Assembly (NCBI GenBank): GCA_042408215.1
Contig: JAYFMW010000029.1
Location: 96,866-160,865, forward strand
From: Microcoleus sp.
GTDB taxonomy: Bacteria > Cyanobacteriota > Cyanobacteriia > Cyanobacteriales > Microcoleaceae
Length of the DNA: 64,000 bases
Reading direction: 5' to 3'
Made by a program: the position numbers and the translations under genes. The first letter of the stretch is position 1. Each line of letters starts with the position of its first letter. Under the pieces are notes generated by a model. The model saw only the letters and a program-made list of their open reading frames with translations, did no database searches and was not told the origin of the DNA. This document shows positions 8,966-18,887 of the stretch, piece after piece.

Positions 8966-9937
8966 ATGACATCAACAGTCTTAGGTATAGACATCAGTAA
9001 AAGAGACTTTCATGTCTCATTACTGAAAGAAGGTCGTGCAACTAAACCCAGAAAGTTTACGAACAATATTCCAGGGTTTGAGAGTTTACATAACTGGCTT
9101 CAACAACAAAGTGTAGTCGAACTCCATGTTTGCATGGAAGCTACTAGCATTTACGGAGAATCCTTAGCCGAATTCCTTTATGGAGCTGGCTTTCAGGTAA
9201 GTATAGTCAATCCAGCTCGTATTAAAGGGTTTGCCAAAAGCGAACTTTTGAGAACTAAAACTGACTCGGTAGATGCGGCACTAATTGCTCGTTTTTGTGC
9301 AGCGATGAAACCGTCTCTATGGACACCAACCGCGCCGGAAGTCAAAGAATTACAAGCCCTGTTGCGACGGCTCGAATCAGTCACAGAAATGGCAACTCAA
9401 GAACACAACCGTCTGGAAACAGCTACACCAACTGTTGCTGAGCTTACCTTGGCACATTTGGAGTACCTAAAGGAGCAACAAAAACTGATCAAAAAACTGA
9501 TTAGCGACCATTTTGACCAACACCCACATTTAAAACAACAGCGTGATCTCTTGACCTCAATTCCCGGAATTGGTGAACAGACAGCATCCGTATTATTAGC
9601 TGAAATTCGTGATGTTTCCGATTACAACAATGCCCGTCAATTAGCCGCTTATGCAGGTTTAACACCCTGTGAACGCAGTTCTGGGACTTCGGTTAAAGGC
9701 AAAACTCGTTTGTCTTGCACTGGCAATGTCCGACTCCGAAAGGCGTTGTATTTGCCTGCGGTAGTGGCGATGCGTCACAATCCGTTACTCAAGGCTATGA
9801 GTGACCGATTATTGGGTCGTGGGAAGGTCAAAATGCAGGTAATTGGTGCTTTGATGCGGAAATTGGTGCATTTGGCTTTTGGGATTTTAAAGTCCCAAAA
9901 GCCTTTCGATCCTAATTATTTACTTGCTACCCCTTGA
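8966..9937 (+). CDS. IS110 family transposase/recombinase
   Basis: DEDD RuvC motifs GIDISK, CMEAT, KTDSVDA; SIPGIG; catalytic Ser in RSSG; ALMRKL. Confidence 0.95.
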   Translation: MTSTVLGIDISKRDFHVSLLKEGRATKPRKFTNNIPGFESLHNWLQQQSVVELHVCMEATSIYGESLAEFLYGAGFQVSIVNPARIKGFAKSELLRTKTDSVDAALIARFCAAMKPSLWTPTAPEVKELQALLRRLESVTEMATQEHNRLETATPTVAELTLAHLEYLKEQQKLIKKLISDHFDQHPHLKQQRDLLTSIPGIGEQTASVLLAEIRDVSDYNNARQLAAYAGLTPCERSSGTSVKGKTRLSCTGNVRLRKALYLPAVVAMRHNPLLKAMSDRLLGRGKVKMQVIGALMRKLVHLAFGILKSQKPFDPNYLLATP

Positions 9938-10123
9938 CAGATCAAGACAGTATCTACAGGATGGGTGACAATGATGTTGTCATTCGCTAATTCTGATTCT
10001 TCCGGGCTACCTCGCTGTGGTGGGGGCGGGTTTATTTAACCTGTCTGCAAGCTTTAAAGCTATTGGTGAACCCGCCCCTACAGGATGGGTGACAATGATG
10101 CCGTCAGGTGAATTCTACCCCTT

Positions 10124-11551
10124 TTATGGGGTGTTCGCTAATTCTAATTCCTCTTCCGATTCATCCCGGACTCTGAAGTAGTAAAAGAGATTCGCAACAG
10201 CCAAATCCGAGGCTTTCTTCAAGTTGGACAATACTAAACTTTTATGACCCGCTACTTCCCCTTGCTTAATGATATAATCTTCATAATTTTTACGTTGCTG
10301 CCGATCGAGCATTAATTCCAGTTGAGTGCGAAGCGCATAAAAATGAGACTTGGGCCGCAAATTTTCATAAAATAACTGTTCGTCTGGTATTGCTAAAGCT
10401 GTTGTGGCTGATTTTTTATCCCCAATAACAGCTAAGTGGGATTCACTAAAATCAGCACTTTGTAACTGTTTTAATTCACTTGGCGGCAAAGCTTTCATCC
10501 AGTCAATCTGATTTTGCCAAATGTCTAATGCGGCTAAATCGTGATTGTGAATCCGTGTGATTTCTGGGAAGATAAAATCTAATTCGTCGTCAGAGTCGCA
10601 GCCGGCAATTACTGTTAAGCCATCTTGACGGATTTGTTGTTGAAGTTGAGAAATGCGATCGCCCGCAGCACCAAATTCATTCTGCACCTGATACGTGCCG
10701 ATAATACTTTGCTCGATCGCCCAACTGCACTCTAACCGTCGCAACTGTCCCGCCGCACAAGTTTCTGACAACAAATGCGGGTTTCTGTATGTTGCTAAAG
10801 CCTCAAACAACTTCCCCCGCACTTCAACAATCTCCGCGTTTCTGAGGTCAATACTTAACCGCAAAGCCGATCCCATTTGTTTAATTGCTCCATTAAATGT
10901 CTCGTAAGCCTCCCCTAAAACTAGGCGATGGTGGTCAAATTTTATATCTGCAACCGCTTCGGCAATTAATTTTTTAATTGCCGCGATTTCCCCTTTCACA
11001 ACTTTTTCTAAGATGATGAATCCTTTTTCTACTTTAACGTCTAGCCTCTCTACCGCTTTTTTTAGTTTCAATGTCTGGTGCAAATTCACCGCTGACAAGG
11101 CTACCCCGGCGAAAGTTCCGACACCAATGACGGCTGTTGTCGCTTGCAGCACCCCCATACTGGCTTGGACGGCTTGAAAGCCCATGTGAATTTGCTGCCT
11201 CTGCACCTCCAAATCAGCTTCGACGGCTTTAAAGCCCTTGTGCGTTTGGTGCATCTGGAAGCCGCCCAGGATAAGCTGCATGGGCAATACTAAGGGGGAG
11301 AGAGGGCCACTATTGAGGGCCACACCCATAGCATCAACCAGAAATTGGCTATTATTGACGATCGCGCCAACAGCATGAGCTACAAACTGGCTATTATTGA
11401 CGGCCGCACCCACAGCATGGGCCGCAAACTGTCCCGTCGCTGCATCTCTCACCATGCTGAGCGGCACTCCAGCGGAGTTAAACACTTGTATGTACTTACC
11501 AGCCTCTATTCCAGCCTGTATCGCTGCGGAAAATACAAAGTTCGTCATCAA
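10124..11551 (-). CDS. hypothetical protein (hydrophobic hairpin + helical/coiled-coil region)
   Basis: 475-aa ORF; three ~14-aa N-terminal repeats; Gly/Ala-rich hydrophobic segment TAVIGVGTFAGVALSAV. Confidence 0.75.
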   Translation of the reverse strand: MMTNFVFSAAIQAGIEAGKYIQVFNSAGVPLSMVRDAATGQFAAHAVGAAVNNSQFVAHAVGAIVNNSQFLVDAMGVALNSGPLSPLVLPMQLILGGFQMHQTHKGFKAVEADLEVQRQQIHMGFQAVQASMGVLQATTAVIGVGTFAGVALSAVNLHQTLKLKKAVERLDVKVEKGFIILEKVVKGEIAAIKKLIAEAVADIKFDHHRLVLGEAYETFNGAIKQMGSALRLSIDLRNAEIVEVRGKLFEALATYRNPHLLSETCAAGQLRRLECSWAIEQSIIGTYQVQNEFGAAGDRISQLQQQIRQDGLTVIAGCDSDDELDFIFPEITRIHNHDLAALDIWQNQIDWMKALPPSELKQLQSADFSESHLAVIGDKKSATTALAIPDEQLFYENLRPKSHFYALRTQLELMLDRQQRKNYEDYIIKQGEVAGHKSLVLSNLKKASDLAVANLFYYFRVRDESEEELELANTP

Positions 11552-11629
11552 TTTTTATCCAGGTAGCATTCGAGAGAATAACTCATCTATTATAGTAATG
11601 TAAACGAAAAAATATCTGTAGCGCTGCAA

Positions 11630-14236
11630 ATGGATACTTCAGTAATTAGTCCCCAAACAGTTGAGCTGATTTCGCGACTGACTGGGCAAAAACTTCACCA
11701 ACAGGATGTCACTCCCCCTGTACTCTTTTTGGCGGCGCTGATAACGGTGTTGCTGGGAGTCATCCATGCCGACGGTACGCTTAGCGCTGAGGAAACGCAG
11801 CAACTGCGAAATTTGATGGAACTTATCCCCGCTAACCACAGTTTGCGCCAATTGATAATGCCCATAGTTGATGGCGTGGAAGAACAGCAAATTTACAAAA
11901 AAATCCAGGTGTTGCTAGCGATGACAGCGTGTTTTTCTGAGGAGGAAAAACTGCTACTAATTAGTTTTGGATATCAGATGTCAGCAGCAGATGGAACAAT
12001 AGACGATCGCGAAACAGGATATTTGACACTTATCGGTAACAGACTGGAAATTGATTCCCGATACTTGGCAGTTTTGTCAGCGAGTTTTAATAATCAAACA
12101 ATCAGCGATACAGCAGCTTTAGCAGAAGTCCACTCGTTACTCGATCCAGCACAATTTCAATCTCTCGATTCTTTGTTTGTCCGTGCTGCTAGTCACATTA
12201 TTGAAGATTTACCGGCTAAACCGCAATATAAAAAAAGTCAACTGGATTCAGTTCAGATTATTGAAGATTTACCAGCAAAACTCAAACAGGAAATAAATCA
12301 ACTGAATTCAGTTCAGATTATTGCAGATTTACCAACAGAACCTAAACAGCCAAACAATCAAAATCATTCCGTATCCTCATATCAGGAGTTGGAAAAATTT
12401 CAAAAGTATCGTCAAGAACTGAACGCTGTTTGTAGCAGACTATATTTAACTCTGCGAGATGGAAGCGATCGCAACGTGCTATCTCCTAGTTTAACAGCAG
12501 AAGTAGAAAAAGAATCTTGCAAATTGCAATCTCAGCGGTTTCGCGTTGTTGTCGTCGGGGACTTTAGTAGAGGCAAATCAACCTTACTAAATGCTTTGGT
12601 GGGCGAGAAAATTCAACCAGTGCGGGCTACTCCCTGTAGCGGTACGGTGACTATTTTGAAATATGGATCGAAGCGGCGGGTTATTTGTCACTACAAAAAT
12701 GGATGTAAGGAAGAGATTTCGCCGGAAGAATATCAAAAGAAAGCTTCTATTTCTAGAAATGCAGCTTCTGGTTCTATTGCAGATGAAAAAGCCACATCAG
12801 AAATCGCAGAAATCGTTTTTGAGCATCCCGAATTAGAGTTGTGCAGCAATGGCGTAGAAATTATTGATACTCCCGGATTAAACGAACAAGCGGAACGCAC
12901 ATTGGCGACTCAGCAAGTTTTGCAAACGGCTGATGCAGTTATTTTTTTGACTCAGGCTACCACTGCTTTAACACAGACAGAACAAGAACTGCTTTTGTAC
13001 TTAAAAAAAGAATTGAATTATGGTGAAGAGAATGAAGGTGCAAGAAACATTTTTATTGCAGTGAGTTTTTTCGATTGGCTGGAGAGTGAAGAGGATCGCC
13101 AGGATGTAAAAAAAAGGGTAGAAAGAATTGTTTATGGGGAAAAACCAATTATTGCTGGTAAAAACCGGATTCATTTTATTTCGGCCAAATCAGCACTTAA
13201 TGCTATTTTGAATGGGACGGAAAATGAGTATGTGAGATCTTTTCAGAATTTTACCAAATCTCTCGAACAGTTTTTGATAGAAAAACGGGGCGCGATCGCA
13301 CTTCAGGAATCTGCCGCAGGACTTAAGCAAATCATTGATACTGGTTGTGAGGAATTGAATCAATACCAGAAAATGTTAGATGGTAAATTGACCCTTCCCG
13401 AAGCAGATAAACAGAAAATATTTGAACAAATAGCGGAAGTAAGCGGCCGCGATGTAACAATTAGACTCTTAGCAAAAAAACTGAGGGAGGAATGTTTAGA
13501 AGAAATTCGTGAATCTTGGAATGAATGCAAGAAAGGATTGCGAGAACGGATTATTTCACAAAGTGCTAACTGGACTTCTGAACATTCGCACCTTTGGAGT
13601 CAAGATAAGCTAACTCGAGATTATGCTAATCAATTTGTTCGAGACTTAACACAAGATATTGATAACTGGGCTAATCAAAAACTCTGGTCAATTGTCAAAA
13701 AATATATACAATTTTTAGATGGCAAAATTAGTGAAAATATGGAACCGATTCGTGAAGAATTTGAACTTTTTGATAAGCGACTTAACACTAACCTTTTTAT
13801 TCAATTCAATAACTTCGCAACAGCAGGTAAGCTGGGTGAATTTAGCAGCATTGGAAGCAGAATAGCTGCATCAATTAGCAATATAGGCGTAGATGTAGGC
13901 GGATTCATGGGCAGCACTTTGGGAATTGGTGCAGCAGTCGGTGCTGCGTTGTTTTATTTGACTGGAGTTGGTACTATTGCAGTTATTTTGGGTGCCTTAG
14001 TTGCGGCTGCTGGTGGAGGTGTGGGCTGGGGTTTATTAGAAGGCGATGTAGTTAAAGCTCAAATAAAGCAAAAAGTTCGTGAGTTGGGTTTTCCGAAGTT
14101 CGAGGAATCTTCACAGTCTATTTTTATTGAAAATATACAAGAAAAAATTATTGCAGCATTTGAGAAAAGAACTGAGGCTACTAGCGATGTGATGAAGCAG
14201 ATAAGCAGAAAATATTTGAACAAATGGCGGAAGTAA
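11630..14236 (+). CDS. TerB-like domain + bacterial dynamin-like GTPase (C-terminus disrupted by duplication)
   Basis: TerB motifs ADGTLSAEE and ADGTIDDRE; G1 GDFSRGKST, G3 DTPG; Gly-rich paddle segment; runs out of frame at 14194. Confidence 0.85.
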   Translation: MDTSVISPQTVELISRLTGQKLHQQDVTPPVLFLAALITVLLGVIHADGTLSAEETQQLRNLMELIPANHSLRQLIMPIVDGVEEQQIYKKIQVLLAMTACFSEEEKLLLISFGYQMSAADGTIDDRETGYLTLIGNRLEIDSRYLAVLSASFNNQTISDTAALAEVHSLLDPAQFQSLDSLFVRAASHIIEDLPAKPQYKKSQLDSVQIIEDLPAKLKQEINQLNSVQIIADLPTEPKQPNNQNHSVSSYQELEKFQKYRQELNAVCSRLYLTLRDGSDRNVLSPSLTAEVEKESCKLQSQRFRVVVVGDFSRGKSTLLNALVGEKIQPVRATPCSGTVTILKYGSKRRVICHYKNGCKEEISPEEYQKKASISRNAASGSIADEKATSEIAEIVFEHPELELCSNGVEIIDTPGLNEQAERTLATQQVLQTADAVIFLTQATTALTQTEQELLLYLKKELNYGEENEGARNIFIAVSFFDWLESEEDRQDVKKRVERIVYGEKPIIAGKNRIHFISAKSALNAILNGTENEYVRSFQNFTKSLEQFLIEKRGAIALQESAAGLKQIIDTGCEELNQYQKMLDGKLTLPEADKQKIFEQIAEVSGRDVTIRLLAKKLREECLEEIRESWNECKKGLRERIISQSANWTSEHSHLWSQDKLTRDYANQFVRDLTQDIDNWANQKLWSIVKKYIQFLDGKISENMEPIREEFELFDKRLNTNLFIQFNNFATAGKLGEFSSIGSRIAASISNIGVDVGGFMGSTLGIGAAVGAALFYLTGVGTIAVILGALVAAAGGGVGWGLLEGDVVKAQIKQKVRELGFPKFEESSQSIFIENIQEKIIAAFEKRTEATSDVMKQISRKYLNKWRK

Positions 14237-15148
14237 GCGGCCGCGATGTAAAAATTAGACTTTTAGCAAAAAAACGGAGGGAGGAATGTTTAGAAGAAAC
14301 TCGTGAATCTTGGAACGAATGGCTGAAAGAATTGAGAGAACGGATTATTTCAAAAAGTGCTAACTGGACTTCTAAACATTCGCACCTTTTGAGTCAAGAT
14401 CAGCTAATTAAAGATTATGCTAATCAATTTGTTCGAGAATTAACACAAGATATTAATGACTGGACTAATCACAAACTCTCTGAAATTGTGAAACAAAAAA
14501 TGGGCGTTTTAGATAACCAAATTCATGATAATCTTGAACCGATTTGTGAAGAATTTGAACTTTTTGATAAGCGACTTAATACTCGCCTTTTTACTCAATT
14601 CAAGGACTTCGCAACATCAGGTAATCGGGGTGGAATTAGAATCACTGGAATCGGAATTGCTGCATCAATTAGTTATACAGGCGTAAAGGTAGGCGAATTC
14701 CTGGGAATCAGTTTAGGGATTGGTGTAGTCGGTGCTGCGTTGTTTTATTTGACTGGTGGTGCTATTACAGGAATTTTGGGTCACTTAGGTGCGGGCTGGT
14801 GGACGTGTGGGCTGGAGTTTCTTGGAGGGCGATGGAGTTAAAGCTGAAATAAAGCAAAAAGTTTTTGAATTAGGTTTTCAGCAGTTCGAGGAATCTTCAC
14901 AGTCTATTTTTATTAAAAATATACAAGAAAGAATTATTGCAGTATTTGAAAAAAGAACTGAGGTTACTAGCGATGTTACGTCAAAAGCGATCTCACTGTG
15001 GGAAAATTTATTGGAACAGCAGGAAAAGCGCGATCGCCAAACTCAAGCAGAATGCGAGGCCCAAAAAGTTTGGCTGGCTGACAAACGTCGAGAACTCGAA
15101 CAAGTACAAAATCAAATTGAGGCTATTTTGAATCAGAGCGATCGCTAA
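14194..15148 (+). pseudogene. diverged duplicate of the dynamin 3' half plus the native C-terminus, frameshifted (ORFs 14224..14841 and 14789..15148)
   Basis: 14194-14976 repeats 13400-14190; small deletion near 14790. Confidence 0.8.
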
Positions 15149-15171
15149 TTCAATGAGTAACGGGTAAGCAC

Positions 15172-15210
15172 AAAAAAACCATAGTACCTTGTAAATACTA
15201 TGGTTTTTTT
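15172..15210. terminator. bidirectional intrinsic terminator
   Basis: AAAAAAACCATAGTA-loop-TACTATGGTTTTTTT between convergent genes. Confidence 0.75.
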
Positions 15211-15238
15211 GGCTATAACCTACTTATTACTGGTGTTT

Positions 15239-16300
15239 CTACGCCAAAACAGGCACCGGTTGCGGCCAGCGACCCATTACTTTACCAATAACCGCCAATT
15301 CTCCCATCAACTTGTCGAACTGATCCGGTGTTAAAGATTGCGGCCCATCAGACAAAGCTTTTTTCGGATTCGGGTGCACTTCTATCATCAGGGAATCAGT
15401 ACCAGAGGCGATCGCAGCAAACGCCATTGACGGTACAAACTGAGCCCAACCGGTGCCGTGACTGGGGTCAACCATAATCGGTAAGTGAGTCAGAGTTCGC
15501 AATACTGGAACCGCCGACAAATCCAGCGTATTCCGCGTATACTGCCTGTCATACCCGCGAATTCCGCGCTCGCACAAAATCACGTTCGGATTGCCAGAAG
15601 CCATGATATACTCAGCAGCCATCAACCATTCTTCAATGGTTGCGGAAATGCCGCGCTTCAGCAAAATCGGTTTGTCTTGAGCTCCGACTTTTTTCAACAG
15701 TGAGAAATTCTGCATATTTCTCGCCCCGACTTGAACCACGTCGGCTACTTCCACGATCGCAGTTAAGTCCGCCGCATCCATAACTTCGGTGATAATTCCC
15801 AAACCGCTAGCTTCCCGCGCCGCAGCTAGCAATCCCAAAGCACTCTCGCCGTGGCCTTGGAAAGCGTAGGGGGAAGTTCTCGGTTTGTAGGCTCCACCGC
15901 GCAGAAAATGAGCACCAGCAGCTTTGACGCGCATTGCCGTTTCAACAATCATTTCTTCGTTTTCGACGGAGCAAGGCCCTGCTACGATCGCGATCGGGTG
16001 GTGCAGGCCGATCGTCACAGTTCCTAAAGGAGTAGCGACTGCTACGGCGCTGGGTTCACCTTGACGGTATTCCAGACAAGCGCGTTTGTAGGGCTTTTCC
16101 ACTCGCAGCACTTCCTCAATCCAGGTGCTCATTTCGCGCAGTTGCATGGGTTCGAGCTCGGCGGTGTCGCCCACCAAACCCATGACTACTTTGTAACGCC
16201 CGACTATTTTTTCTGGTATCAAACCCCAGTTAGTGCGGAGATCTTCGTCTAGGCGATCGATTTCGGCTTCTGGAGTGCCGGCTTTCATTACAATAATCAT
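15239..16300 (-). CDS. aroF: 3-deoxy-7-phosphoheptulonate (DAHP) synthase, type I-beta
   Basis: AGPCSVE, GAYKPRTSPY, QVGARNMQNF, LKRG, CERGIR, DPSHG, IEVHP, SDGPQ. Confidence 0.95.
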   Translation of the reverse strand: MIIVMKAGTPEAEIDRLDEDLRTNWGLIPEKIVGRYKVVMGLVGDTAELEPMQLREMSTWIEEVLRVEKPYKRACLEYRQGEPSAVAVATPLGTVTIGLHHPIAIVAGPCSVENEEMIVETAMRVKAAGAHFLRGGAYKPRTSPYAFQGHGESALGLLAAAREASGLGIITEVMDAADLTAIVEVADVVQVGARNMQNFSLLKKVGAQDKPILLKRGISATIEEWLMAAEYIMASGNPNVILCERGIRGYDRQYTRNTLDLSAVPVLRTLTHLPIMVDPSHGTGWAQFVPSMAFAAIASGTDSLMIEVHPNPKKALSDGPQSLTPDQFDKLMGELAVIGKVMGRWPQPVPVLA

Positions 16301-16706
16301 CAGAAAAATGGGTAGAAACCCCGTCTTTTTAGGACGGCTTTACAGTTTTAGCGCTACTGCCTTGGGGTTGCTGGACTTGGTGTACTTTTGTAATGTACTT
16401 TCGACGGGACACTTACCGTCTCAAGTTTGACAACCCTGTACACATAGCGTTTTGCACGGGTTGTGCCTCCCTTACGGGGTAATGTTAGCTTCGACCTGTT
16501 ACAAGAGTTTTTTAGGCTTGCAACACTGTTCCAGTGACCTTAGAACTGTTTAATCACAAGCGACAGAGCGGGGGACTAGCTACGCATCCGCCCGGTGTCG
16601 TGACTCAAATAACGTTTACCCAACGATCGCGTTGCGGTGGTCTGGTCAGGATGGCTTGCTAGATTTCTCTTACAAGCCTCATGCCGTCAGGGCTGAGGTT
16701 CCTGAC
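16301..16706 (-). mobile_element. non-autonomous IS200/IS605 (IscB/IsrB-type) element lacking its ORF
   Basis: subterminal hairpins at 16317-16340 and 16676-16698; HEARO-like RNA inside; abuts the aroF ATG. Confidence 0.8.
16460..16706 (-). ncRNA. omega RNA / HEARO-like RNA
   Basis: minus strand GTCAGGAACCTCAGCC...GAGGCTTG...CTGACCAGAC...ACGTTA...GACACC...GATGCG...CTCTGTCG...TTAAACAG...ACAGTGT...CGAAGCTAACATTACCC follows the recalled IscB omega-RNA layout; 3' end approximate. Confidence 0.75.
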
Positions 16707-16916
16707 ATTTTTTCCTTTTTTTTGCTAGATTTGTTGCGCTAACACACGCATTATGCCACGGATGGAATCAGAAAAATAGATATAAGGGCGATCGACTTGT
16801 TTGCAGTAAGGACTTTTTTGACTCTGCGCGGGGCGGTTCAGAAACCGGGTTTCTGCGTAAAATCTCGTGAAGATGCGTCAATTCCCAGAGAAACCCGGTT
16901 TCTTAGACTCAGCGCG

Positions 16917-17378
16917 CTAACTTTTTGGTTTGGCGGCACGCCACGCTTCTCGCATCCGTCCAAAATTAGTATTGAATTCTTCCCACCCCAGGCTGCTTCC
17001 TGGAACTTCTTCATCCCAGGAAGCTGAAAGCAGTCCGTAGCTCAATCCCAGAACGCCTAGACCAAAACAGCCCATACTTACTAATAAGACTGCTGTGTTG
17101 GGTAGGTCAAACAAGCCCTTGCTGACAATTAAATAACTCACAAAAAATGTGGAAATTCCCAGGAGTGTCGGTAAGCCGCAAAATAAGGCTATGCGCGATA
17201 TCATGCGTCTGCTGACTGCTTCTGGGATGGATTGCGCCTGGGGGCCTGTTTTGTTGGCTTGGGGCTGTTTGTCTTCTTTGACTAGGTTTTCTTGGGGTTC
17301 TGCGGGCTTTTTGGGCGTTTTTTTGCGATTTGCGATCGGTTCAAACGGTAAGCGCTGGCGGGGTGGTTCGGAGGACAT
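16917..17378 (-). CDS. PAM68 family photosystem II assembly protein (DUF3464)
   Basis: IPEAVSRRM, two TM helices, SASWD; downstream of rpsO as is usual in cyanobacteria. Confidence 0.9.
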   Translation of the reverse strand: MSSEPPRQRLPFEPIANRKKTPKKPAEPQENLVKEDKQPQANKTGPQAQSIPEAVSRRMISRIALFCGLPTLLGISTFFVSYLIVSKGLFDLPNTAVLLVSMGCFGLGVLGLSYGLLSASWDEEVPGSSLGWEEFNTNFGRMREAWRAAKPKS

Positions 17379-17474
17379 ATTCTATCTCTAACCTGAAATC
17401 TCGAACTTTTATTCTATAAGTCTTGGTGTTTGTCCAAGGTTAAGGAATATTGTCGCAAATTTTGGCCCTGGTGT

Positions 17475-17744
17475 TTAGCCGCGAATGCCTAGACGAGCAA
17501 TCAATGCTTTGTAGCGATCGACACTTTGCTTTTGGATGTAGGAGAGGAGGCGTTTGCGACGGCTGATCATCAGCATCAGGCCACGGCGGGATGCGAAGTC
17601 TTTTTGGTTGATTTTCAGGTGGGCGCTGAGTTTGCTGATGCGATCGGTCAACATCGCGACTTGCAAGTCGGCTGAACCGGTGTCGGTTTCATGGGTTTGG
17701 TATTCGCCCATGATTTCTAGTTTGCGCTGTTGTGTAAGTGCCAT
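17475..17744 (-). CDS. rpsO: 30S ribosomal protein S15
   Basis: DTGSADLQVA, SRRGL, LGIRG; 89 aa. Confidence 0.97.
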   Translation of the reverse strand: MALTQQRKLEIMGEYQTHETDTGSADLQVAMLTDRISKLSAHLKINQKDFASRRGLMLMISRRKRLLSYIQKQSVDRYKALIARLGIRG

Positions 17745-17868
17745 GAATTGAATTTATGTTTTTTTGTACGATTGTCACAATCTGCAATTGTACCACACCG
17801 AAAGTGTGAAGGACGATCGCTGCCGGATCGAATTTGTGGGCTCAAAGGTCGATCGAGCCTGACATCGA

Positions 17869-18492
17869 TTATCGGCTCAAATAGGCGATCGCCTCTCGTA
17901 TCCAATCATCAGAATTACCTTTCTTCGACAAATTGCCGTCTTGACTGAGGGTTTGCAGCGCCTGCAAGACTTCAGCCCCAGTATATCCCAAAGCCAGCAA
18001 AGTCATCTCGACTTCTTCTTGAATCGCTGCGGGCACTCCGGCGGGAATTGATGCTGTCAAACCTGCATCCTGTCGCCATTCTGAGAGTTTACTTTTAAGT
18101 TCGAGGGCTAAACGTTCTGCGGTTTTGGTGCCGACGCCTGGGGTTTTGGAGAGGATGCGGGTATTGCCGCCGACGATTGCTTGGACTAAATCTTGCAATC
18201 CTAGAGTATCTAAAAGTGCGATCGCCAGTTGAGCTCCAACGCCACTAACACTTGTCAACTGGCGAAATAAATCCCGTTCGGCGGCGCTGCCAAAACCGTA
18301 CAATACGATTTGGTCTTCCTTAACTTGCTGGTGAGTAAAGATTTGGGCGATTTCGCCGGTGGGCGGCAGTTGACCGGTGACGCGGGGCAAAATTTGGATT
18401 TCATAGCCAATTTGATTGACTTCGAGAGTTAGGATGACGCGGTTGCTGCCTTTGGTGATATCGGCGACAGTGCCTTTGAGATAGCTAATCAT
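17869..18492 (-). CDS. ruvA: Holliday junction branch migration protein RuvA
   Basis: [32 protein letters not shown]. Confidence 0.96.
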   Translation of the reverse strand: MISYLKGTVADITKGSNRVILTLEVNQIGYEIQILPRVTGQLPPTGEIAQIFTHQQVKEDQIVLYGFGSAAERDLFRQLTSVSGVGAQLAIALLDTLGLQDLVQAIVGGNTRILSKTPGVGTKTAERLALELKSKLSEWRQDAGLTASIPAGVPAAIQEEVEMTLLALGYTGAEVLQALQTLSQDGNLSKKGNSDDWIREAIAYLSR

Positions 18493-18519
18493 AAAATTAA
18501 TAATACACGGCTCCTATAT

Positions 18520-18822
18520 GGTAAGGTGCGTCGCCTTCTCTAATCTACAAGTTCCATTCAAGATCTCATATCGTTTCCGGTTGCATCGGAATGATTTAAC
18601 CACAGAGGCCACAGAGAACGCAGAGGGAGATAAGAGAAATGAATAATTCCGATGCTATCGGAAGTGATATCACAGCGACGCACCCTACCAATTAGAGTCG
18701 CCTTCTATAATCTACAAGTTCCATTCAAGATCTCACAGCGACGCACCCTACCAATTAGAGTCGCCTTCTATAATCTACAAGTTCCATGCAATATCTCACA
18801 GCGACGCACCCTACCAATTAGA
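18520..18822. repeat. 63-bp tandem REP-derived repeats
   Basis: CACAGCGACGCACCCTACC at 18671, 18734, 18797. Confidence 0.85.
18569..18669. mobile_element. 101-bp MITE of the TATCnnnTCCG..GCATCGGAAT TIR family
   Basis: ~24-bp TIRs, TCA duplication (18566-18568/18670-18672); interrupts one 63-bp unit. Confidence 0.8.
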
Positions 18823-18887
18823 ATTGCGATTTTCTCAATGCGTACCTCACTTCAAAATAAAACCGCTAGAGAACGATTTTGTGATTG

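Larger units (their letters stand above)
8392..9955 (+). mobile_element. complete IS110-family (IS621-like) insertion sequence in a REP element
   Basis: left junction CCCGCCCCT|TGTAT, right junction ACAGTATCT|ACAGG, CT core; an empty equivalent site CCCGCCCCTACAGG at 10071-10084. Confidence 0.9.

Noticed and set aside
16301..16706. IStron (self-splicing group I intron) or riboswitch in the aroF leader
   Set aside because: No group I core or riboswitch consensus recognised; the motifs fit an omega/HEARO RNA and the insert lies outside the CDS.
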